A stretch of 64,000 nt of DNA. It comes from Terracidiphilus sp. Its GTDB lineage: Bacteria; Acidobacteriota; Terriglobia; Terriglobales; Acidobacteriaceae. The notes under the pieces were generated by a model. It was not told the DNA's origin and did not search any database. It saw nothing but the letters and a program-made list of their open reading frames with translations. Where the stretch lies: assembly GCA_035534635.1 (NCBI GenBank), contig DATLRP010000040.1, positions 27,332 to 91,331 on the forward strand, written 5' to 3'. Below are positions 26,814-33,620 of this stretch, piece after piece (within the stretch, counting starts at the first letter, position 1; each line of letters starts with the position of its first letter). Made by a program: the position numbers and the translations under genes.

Positions 26814-28721
26814 ATGATTGGGAAAACGTTTGCTAGCTCCGCGGCCTCCGCCGCTCTCGCCCTCACCACTACACTCGCTTTCGCCCAGGCGCCCGCTGCC
26901 CACCTCACCATCCAGGCCAACCAACCCACGCACGCCGTCAGCCCCACCCTCTACGGCCTCATGACCGAGGAGATCAACTACTCCTATGACGGTGGCCTCT
27001 ACGCCGAAATGGTCCGCAACCGCAACTTCCTCGGCGACTGGAGCGGCTTTCCCTACTGGTACCTCGTCGAGAACGGCAACGCCGCCGCCAAAATGGACGA
27101 GGACCGCACCACCGGCCCGAGCAAAGCCCGTCCGAACAGCCTCCGCCTCGACGTTCAGCAGGCCTCGCGCGCCAATCCAGCCGGCGTCCTCAATGTCGGC
27201 TGGTGGGGCATGGCCCTCCATGCGGACACCACTTATCACGGCTCCTTCTACGCCAAAGCCTTGGACGGCATCGGCCCCGTCACCGTCAGCCTCGTCGGCA
27301 ATGACTCCGGCAAAACCCTCGCCACCACCACCGTCTCCGGCGTCGGCGCTGCCTGGCAGCAGTTCCACTTCACGCTCAAAACCGGCGCAATCGCAGCCTC
27401 GTCCGACAACCATCTCGTCCTCGCCGTCGGCCACCCCGGCACGCTCTGGCTCAGCCTGGTCTCGCTCTTTCCGCCCACTTACCGCAACACCCCCAACGGC
27501 ACCCGCATTGACCTGATGGAGAAGCTCGCCGCCATGCATCCATCCTTCCTGCGCTTCCCTGGCGGTAATTACCTTGAGGGCAACCACATCAAGGATCGCT
27601 TCGAGTGGAAGAAGACCATCGGCCCGCTCGTCGACCGCCCCGGCCATCCCAGCCCCTGGCGTTACATGTCCACCGATGGCATGGGCCTGCTCGAGTTCCT
27701 GGACTGGTGCCAGGACCTCCACATGCAGCCCGTCCTTGCCGTTTACGCCGGCTACTCGCTTGAGCAGGAGCACGTCGATCCCGGCCCGGCCCTCGAACCC
27801 TATGTGCAGGACGCCCTCGACGAAATCCAGTACGTCACCGGCGACACCAGCACCAAGTGGGGCGCAGAGCGCGCAAAAGATGGCCATCCCGCGCCCTTCA
27901 AGCTCACTTACGTCGAAATCGGCAACGAGGACTTCTTTGACCGCTCCGGCAGCTACGAGGGCCGCTACCAGCAGTTCTATAAGGCCATCAAGGCAAAATA
28001 CCCCACCCTCCAGCTCATCTCCACTGCCCCGCTCAAGAACTTCAAACCCGACGTTCTCGATGAACACTTCTACGTCCGCGCCACGCAAAACTTCCAGGAT
28101 GCCACGCACTACGACAAGACCGATCGCAACGGCCCCAAAATCTTCGTCGGCGAGTGGGCCACGCGCGAGGGCGCTCCCACGCCCAACATGGGCGGCGCGC
28201 TTGGCGACGCGGCTTGGATGACCGGCCTCGAGCGCAACAGCGACATCGTCATCATGGCCAGCTATGCCCCGCTCTTCGTCAACGTTGATCCCGGCGGCAT
28301 GCAGTGGGAGACCGACCTCATCGGCTACAACGCGCTGCACAGCTACGGCTCGCCCAGCTACTACGCGCAGGTCATGTTCGCCAGCTACCTTGGCGACCAC
28401 ACGCTCTCGGCATCGCTCTCCGGCGCCGGACCAAAATTTTTCTTCTCCGTCACGCGCAGCGCCGGCAAAAAGCAAATCTATCTCAAGCTCGTCAATGCGG
28501 ACTCCACGCCTCAGCTTGTCGATATCGACTTGAAGGGCGCCGGCGTCGATCCCTCCGCAAAGCTCGTCAGCATGAGCGCGAAGGACACGCAGGCCACCAA
28601 CTCCATCAACGATCCGGACTTCCTCGTCCCCGGCGATTCAACCGTCCCCGACGCCGGCGGCCATCTTCACCACCACATGCCGCCCTACTCCATCCAGGTG
28701 CTTGTCTTCCAGGAAAAGTAG
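26814..28721 (+). CDS. alpha-L-arabinofuranosidase (GH51, long form with N-terminal CBM-like domain), secreted
   Basis: Signal peptide. YDGGLYAEMVRNRNF, LRFPGGNY, VEIGNEDF (acid/base Glu), and FVGEWA (nucleophile Glu). Confidence 0.85.
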   Translation: MIGKTFASSAASAALALTTTLAFAQAPAAHLTIQANQPTHAVSPTLYGLMTEEINYSYDGGLYAEMVRNRNFLGDWSGFPYWYLVENGNAAAKMDEDRTTGPSKARPNSLRLDVQQASRANPAGVLNVGWWGMALHADTTYHGSFYAKALDGIGPVTVSLVGNDSGKTLATTTVSGVGAAWQQFHFTLKTGAIAASSDNHLVLAVGHPGTLWLSLVSLFPPTYRNTPNGTRIDLMEKLAAMHPSFLRFPGGNYLEGNHIKDRFEWKKTIGPLVDRPGHPSPWRYMSTDGMGLLEFLDWCQDLHMQPVLAVYAGYSLEQEHVDPGPALEPYVQDALDEIQYVTGDTSTKWGAERAKDGHPAPFKLTYVEIGNEDFFDRSGSYEGRYQQFYKAIKAKYPTLQLISTAPLKNFKPDVLDEHFYVRATQNFQDATHYDKTDRNGPKIFVGEWATREGAPTPNMGGALGDAAWMTGLERNSDIVIMASYAPLFVNVDPGGMQWETDLIGYNALHSYGSPSYYAQVMFASYLGDHTLSASLSGAGPKFFFSVTRSAGKKQIYLKLVNADSTPQLVDIDLKGAGVDPSAKLVSMSAKDTQATNSINDPDFLVPGDSTVPDAGGHLHHHMPPYSIQVLVFQEK

Positions 28722-28764
28722 GGGGCATTGCAGGACACACCGCGCCGCACTTTACGCGCGTCAC

Positions 28765-29838
28765 TCAGCGCTGCACGGCCCACGCCAGCCCGTCCGGATT
28801 GCCACCCGGATACACGTGCCCCACAACCGTCAGCGTCTTCAGGTCGATCACCGCAACGTCATTGTCCGGCCCACACGATACATACACGCGCTTGCCGTCC
28901 GGATCCATCAGCACGCCCGCCGCGCCGTGCCCAATCGGCAGCCGCTTCACCACCTGCCGCGTCGCCACGTCCAGAATCACCAGGTCCGGCCCGCCCAGCA
29001 GTGACACCAGCGCCAGCTTCCCGTCCAGCGTAAACTTCAACCGGTTCGCGCTCGGCACATCCGCATCCAGCGTCGCCACCACCTTTTTCTCCGTCAGGTC
29101 AATCACGCTGATCGTGCCGTCCTGCGCATTCGCCACCCACATCTCTTTGCCGTCCGGCGTCACGTCGAACCCTTCTGACCCGCGGCCCACCTTCACCACC
29201 GTTTCGTTCCAGTCGCCGCCCGGCGGTCCTGGCGGCGGCCCTCCCCCGCGCGCGTGGCCCATTCCCATCGGCGATCCAGGCGGAGGCCCATGCAAGCCCG
29301 CCGGCCCATTCGTCTTGTCCAGAATCGTCACCGTGCCCGAGGCCACATTCGTCGTCACAATCCGCTTGAGGTCCGGAAACACATGCAGCATGTGCGTGCG
29401 ATTCTGTCCCGTGCCCATGATCCAGTCCACCTTGCGCGTCGCGGGATTGTAGCGGCCAATCGCCTTTGCGCCCTCCGCTGTGAACCACACTTCGCCGTGC
29501 ACAAAATCCAGCCCATGCGGTCCGCGCAGCGGAGCCAGGTCGATAAATGCAAGCTGCTTATGATGGATCAGGTCAATCCGCGCCAGCGTGTGATACGCGC
29601 CGAAGCCGTAATTCGACACATACGCCGTCCGCCCATCCGTCGACGCAATCACCTCGTGCGGGTCCGGCCCCACCGGCACACGCGCCACCACCTTCAGCGT
29701 CTTCGGATTCACAATGGCCAGCGTGTGATTGGTCTTCGACAGCACCAGCAGCGCCTGCTTCGGTGTCGACTGCGCCGGCGCAATCACGCACAGAGCCAAA
29801 CCGCACGCAAGGGGAACCGCAAAGCGGCAAGCACGCAT
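28765..29838 (-). CDS. YVTN-family beta-propeller repeat protein, secreted
   Basis: Signal peptide. Repeated blades such as VGPDPHEVIASTDGRTAYVSN, GFDVTPDGKEMWVAN, and GVLMDPDGKRVYVS. Carries a Pro/Gly/Met/His-rich insert. Confidence 0.8.
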   Translation of the reverse strand: MRACRFAVPLACGLALCVIAPAQSTPKQALLVLSKTNHTLAIVNPKTLKVVARVPVGPDPHEVIASTDGRTAYVSNYGFGAYHTLARIDLIHHKQLAFIDLAPLRGPHGLDFVHGEVWFTAEGAKAIGRYNPATRKVDWIMGTGQNRTHMLHVFPDLKRIVTTNVASGTVTILDKTNGPAGLHGPPPGSPMGMGHARGGGPPPGPPGGDWNETVVKVGRGSEGFDVTPDGKEMWVANAQDGTISVIDLTEKKVVATLDADVPSANRLKFTLDGKLALVSLLGGPDLVILDVATRQVVKRLPIGHGAAGVLMDPDGKRVYVSCGPDNDVAVIDLKTLTVVGHVYPGGNPDGLAWAVQR

Positions 29839-29864
29839 AGCCCATCACCCCCAGGGCTCCAAGA

Positions 29865-30392
29865 CTACACGAACATATCCCGGTCCGCCGGCGAATGCGT
29901 CTCCGCGTGCCGCGGCTGCCGAACCGGCGCGCGCAACGCTCCCAGCACGGCCTTCGCTGAGGCGGCGAGGGCTGAAATCTGCCTCAGCGGCAACTGGATC
30001 ACTTCCGTCACCACGCGCGTCGCACGGTCCGCCGTGTCCAGCAGCCCTGTACACATCGTGTCCAGCCGGCTCGCCTGCCGCCGCACACGCCCCATGATCT
30101 CCGTTGCCGACTCCTCCAACTCCGCGCTCTGCGCGCGCAGCCCGTGTGCCAGCTCCGCCAGGTCCGTAGCCACGGATTCCAGCTTCGGCCCCACACGGTC
30201 CAGGAACTCCTTTGTCCGCGAGAGTACCGGCATCACAGCAATGCGAACCTCTTCTATCTGCTGCTGCATCGCCTTCGTGCTCTTGCGCACGGAAAGAAAC
30301 AGCGCCAGAAGCACAGCGGCCTGCAGCAGCACCGCCGCGCCCGTCGCGCCCACAAAAATCAGCAGCAGCGTTTCCTGGCTCAAGTAGGACAT
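29865..30392 (-). CDS. DUF948-like membrane-anchored coiled-coil protein
   Basis: A single N-terminal TM helix followed by a long helical region. Adjacent to ytxH, as in Firmicutes stress loci. Confidence 0.6.
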   Translation of the reverse strand: MSYLSQETLLLIFVGATGAAVLLQAAVLLALFLSVRKSTKAMQQQIEEVRIAVMPVLSRTKEFLDRVGPKLESVATDLAELAHGLRAQSAELEESATEIMGRVRRQASRLDTMCTGLLDTADRATRVVTEVIQLPLRQISALAASAKAVLGALRAPVRQPRHAETHSPADRDMFV

Positions 30393-30546
30393 GGAAGCGA
30401 TCTCCCCCTGCTCATCCCCCGCTCACTCGCAGCAGGCAGCCGGCCGCCGCGCCGCGGCAGCCGTCATGCAATTCCCCACACACAGGCCCTTCGGAGCCGC
30501 ATCCGCGCTCCGTTCTTCCAGCAGCGCCGGTCTCGGGGTTCGTGGC

Positions 30547-30948
30547 TTATTCTTCCGCCTCGGTCGCCGTGGCTGTGGCGGATGTGTTTCGGTAGGCCTC
30601 TTTGCCCGCCTCCACCGCTGCCGCCACGCGGCTCGACTGGTCGCTCACCAGCCCCTTGCCACGCTCCACGAACTCTTCCCACTGTGCCCGCCCACGGTCC
30701 ATCACGTCGCGGCCGCGATCCACATACTCGCCCATCTGCTGCTTGCCTTTGTCCACATAATGACCCATCTGCTCGCTAGCCTGCCGCGAGCGCGTGCGCA
30801 GATACTCCGTGCCTTCGCGCGCTCCCTGGGCAAGGTCTTCTCTCATCTCGCGTCCGCTCTTCGGAGCATAAAGAATGCCAACGAGTGCGCCTACGCCTAG
30901 ACCGGCAAGAAACCACGCCAAACCTTGAGTCTTATTATCGTCCGCCAT
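30547..30948 (-). CDS. YtxH-domain protein
   Basis: LAGLGVGALVGILYAPKSGREMREDL is the YtxH signature. AAGGAGA SD is present. Confidence 0.8.
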   Translation of the reverse strand: MADDNKTQGLAWFLAGLGVGALVGILYAPKSGREMREDLAQGAREGTEYLRTRSRQASEQMGHYVDKGKQQMGEYVDRGRDVMDRGRAQWEEFVERGKGLVSDQSSRVAAAVEAGKEAYRNTSATATATEAEE

Positions 30949-30973
30949 CGCGATTAATCTCCTTTCGCTCTAT

Positions 30974-31013
30974 TCTTCAGGAAAACCTAATCATCTTCAG
31001 GAAAGCCTAATCG
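30974..31013 (-). repeat. tandem 2 x 20 bp direct repeat upstream of ytxH
   Basis: TCTTCAGGAAAACCTAATCA / TCTTCAGGAAAGCCTAATCG (2 mismatches), 26-65 nt upstream of the ytxH ATG. Confidence 0.85.
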
Positions 31014-31196
31014 TTCCATATACCATGGTACGCCTCAAATCCCCCGCAATGCATCTTTCCTTCGCGGCGTGGCCCTCTCGCCTGGCATCAACCTTCGCTC
31101 TCCGACCGGACATCCCGCCTCGGGGCCCCTACCCTTCCCGATGCGTCACACCCTTCCCGCGTTGTACCCGCCGCGCTTCCCCCCGCCGCCGGACCT

Positions 31197-32207
31197 TCAG
31201 GGCTCAGTCTGAGGGCTGTTCTTCGGCTCCGTCTTCGGCTCCCTCTTCGGCTTACTCTGCGGCTTACTCTGCAGCTTGCTCGCCGGCCTGCGCAGCTTGC
31301 CCCGCGATTCCTCCATCTCTTTGCGGATCACCACTGGATCGTCCCCATCGCGCAGTTCCCGCGCCTCCTTGGCCGACTTGGGCCGCGCAAACCGCGCCTT
31401 CGCCCGATCGAAGACCCGCGTGTCCGACGGCCTCACCGCAAACGGCTCCTCATGCGGCTGGCTGTCGAAGATCCCCGTAATCTCTCCCGCCAGCGCATCC
31501 TCCAGGTTCAGCGGACCCAGCCCCAGCAGCTCGTCCATCGTCCGCGTAATCGATCCCATGCTCGTGTGCTCGTGCGACACCGCGCCCGGCTTCACCCACG
31601 CGCTCGCCACCAGCAGAATGCTCCAGTGCGCGTCCACATGGTCCACCCCTCCCTGCGCATCATCCTCCGTCACAAACATCGCCGAATCCTTCCAGATCGG
31701 CGTCCGAGAAAGAAACGCCACAATCTACCCCAGCGCCAGATCGTTGTCCGCAACATACGAAGCCCGATAAGGATACCCATCCTCCGGCCGCGGGTCCGCC
31801 GTGTGGTCGTTCGGCAGCCGGATCACAATCAGCGCGGGAATCTTCCCCTCCGCCATCACGCCGTCCAGCGGCACATCTCCCGCCACCGTCCAATCGCTCG
31901 TCCGGTACGCGCGCACCTGCCCTGAGTCCCCGGTCGCCACATACAGGAGCTTCCCGTCCGGTGAATACGCAAGCCCCGCCTGCACCTCCACCGCCGCGTC
32001 GTTCTTCTCTCCCGCCGGCATCCGATGTACACGCGGCTCCGCGCTCTCCGGCCCGTCAACCACATTCAGCGCAAACGGAAATCCAATCGACGGTACCGCC
32101 ATCTGCGCGCCATCCGGGCGCGCCGCCAGCGCAAACGGATACGGCGCAACCGGAATCCACGCCCCCTCCGGCGCAATCACCCGTCCATTCGGCAGCACCG
32201 CCCGCAC
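31197..32207 (-). pseudogene. remnant of a YncE-propeller/phosphoesterase (PLC/AcpA-like) fusion protein
   Basis: Two same-frame ORFs are separated by TAG at 31725-31727 (..ADNDLALG*IVAFLSRTPIWKDSAMFVTEDDAQGGVDHVDAH..). The N-terminal part jumps from a propeller blade directly to IPALIVIRLPNDHTA. There is no signal peptide. Confidence 0.55.
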
Positions 32208-32208
32208 G

Positions 32209-32631
32209 CTATTCTTTCGCGATCAAGCTCCGCGCAATCGTATCCAGAATTCCGTTCAGAAAATGGATCGACTCCGGCCCGGAAAACCGCCGCGCAATCT
32301 CCAGCGCCTCGTTGATCACGATCGGAAACGGCGTCGTTCTGTACGCAATCATCTCGCCCACCGCCATCCGCAGCAGATTCCGGTCCACCGCCGGCATCCG
32401 CTCCACTCGCCAGTGCTTGCTGTGCGCCGCAAGCAGCCCGTCAATCTGTTCCTGGTGCGTCGTCGCAGCCCGAAACAGGTCCTCGGCAAATCCGCGCACA
32501 TCCGGTTCCACCTGGTCCACCGATCGCCAGAAGGTCGCCTGCACCTGCTCCAGCGTCTGCCGCCCCACGTCAGCCTGGAACAGCATCTGCATCGCCAGCT
32601 CGCGCGACTTACGCCGCGTCCCCGCCGTCAA
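32209..32631 (-). CDS. nusB: transcription antitermination factor NusB
   Basis: RKSRELAMQMLFQ..W..ERMPAVDRNLLRMAVGEM. Overlaps the ribH stop by 4 nt. Confidence 0.9.
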   Translation of the reverse strand: MTAGTRRKSRELAMQMLFQADVGRQTLEQVQATFWRSVDQVEPDVRGFAEDLFRAATTHQEQIDGLLAAHSKHWRVERMPAVDRNLLRMAVGEMIAYRTTPFPIVINEALEIARRFSGPESIHFLNGILDTIARSLIAKE

Positions 32632-33494
32632 GCTGTGCCGCCTTCCAGCTTGCGCCGCAGGCTCACCATCTCAATCGCCGCCACCGCCGCCTCAAATCCC
32701 TTGTTCCCCGCCTTGATGCCCGCGCGGTTCAGCGCCTGCTCCAGCGTCTCGCACGTCAGCACGCCAAAGCTGTGCGGAATGCCCGTCTCCTGCTGCGACT
32801 GCCCAATGCCCCGCGCCACTTCGTTGTATATCGCCTCATAGTGCGCCGTTTCTCCGCGCAGCAGGCAGCCCAGCGGAATCACCGCGTCCACCTTCCCCGC
32901 CGCGGCCGCCATGCGCGCCGCCGCAGGAATCTCCCACGCTCCCGGAACACGCACAATCTCAACATCGCCGCGCATCGCGCCGCTGCGCAGCAGCGCATCC
33001 ACCGCGCCTTCCAGCAGCCGGTCCGTAATCACCGCGTTCCACCGCGCCACCACAATCGCAAATCGCATTCCCGCCGCGGATAAATCTCCCTCCACGGCCA
33101 CCGGCTTGCCGCGCAGCGGGTCCGTCCACGCCCAAAAGCTCAGCCGGAATCCCTCCTCCGGCTCCGCCGTGAACATCCGCGACTTCCACTCCGTCTCCGC
33201 AATCTCTCCCAGCCGCGACGCCGCCTCGTCCCCACCCTGCACCCGCAGCCACGCCGCCGCCGCCTGGTGCGCCGCATCCAGGCTCGTCACTTCCACCATC
33301 ACCTCTGTCGCCGCCGCAAACTGCCCGTCCACAAGCTCCAGATTTCCCAGCGGCGCAAGGAACGCCGCCCCGCGCCCCGCCCCATCCTTCCAGCCCTTGC
33401 CCGGCGCAAATCCCATCGCCGCAAAAAAGCTCGCAAGGCGGTCGAAGGCCGCCGAACCGCCCGTCGGGCGCAGAAAGGAAATCCCTTTAATCAT
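32628..33494 (-). CDS. ribH: 6,7-dimethyl-8-ribityllumazine synthase with ~125-aa N-terminal VOC/glyoxalase-like extension
   Basis: The C-terminal 160 aa are canonical RibH (VEGDLSAAGMRFAIVVARWN..VPGAWEIP..LGCLLRGETAHYE). The N-terminal part has the VOC pattern (VTSLDAA..W..RMFTAEPEEGFRLSFW). Confidence 0.85.
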   Translation of the reverse strand: MIKGISFLRPTGGSAAFDRLASFFAAMGFAPGKGWKDGAGRGAAFLAPLGNLELVDGQFAAATEVMVEVTSLDAAHQAAAAWLRVQGGDEAASRLGEIAETEWKSRMFTAEPEEGFRLSFWAWTDPLRGKPVAVEGDLSAAGMRFAIVVARWNAVITDRLLEGAVDALLRSGAMRGDVEIVRVPGAWEIPAAARMAAAAGKVDAVIPLGCLLRGETAHYEAIYNEVARGIGQSQQETGIPHSFGVLTCETLEQALNRAGIKAGNKGFEAAVAAIEMVSLRRKLEGGTA

Positions 33495-33500
33495 GCTCTG

Positions 33501-33506
33501 ATTCTA
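33501..33506 (-). promoter_or_regulatory. -10 box TAGAAT, 6 nt before the ribH ATG (leaderless configuration)
   Basis: Minus-sense GGCGGGGCGGCCACGATAGAATCAGAGC-ATG. Confidence 0.4.
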
Positions 33507-33568
33507 TCGTGGCCGCCCCGCCTCGCCGCGCCTCGGCCCGCGCACCTCCCGGCCTCTTCACCTCACGC

Positions 33569-33594
33569 AAAAAGGGCCGGCAATTGCCGGCCCC
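33569..33594 (-). terminator. intrinsic terminator after the lipoprotein gene
   Basis: Minus-sense GGGCCGGCAATTGCCGGCCC (perfect 9-bp stem) followed by TTTTT. Confidence 0.7.
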
Positions 33595-33620
33595 TTCGCG
33601 TTTCCGCTGCCCCGTGCCGT

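Noticed and set aside
23212-28475. Long overlapping ORFs 23212..24903(+), 23868..25157(-), 25179..26225(-) and 26733..28475(-).
   Set aside because: These are shadows of the NusG paralogue, cysteine desulfurase, mnmA and the GH51 gene. Their products are Gly/Ala/Asp/Glu- or Pro/Ser/Ala-rich with no domain signatures.
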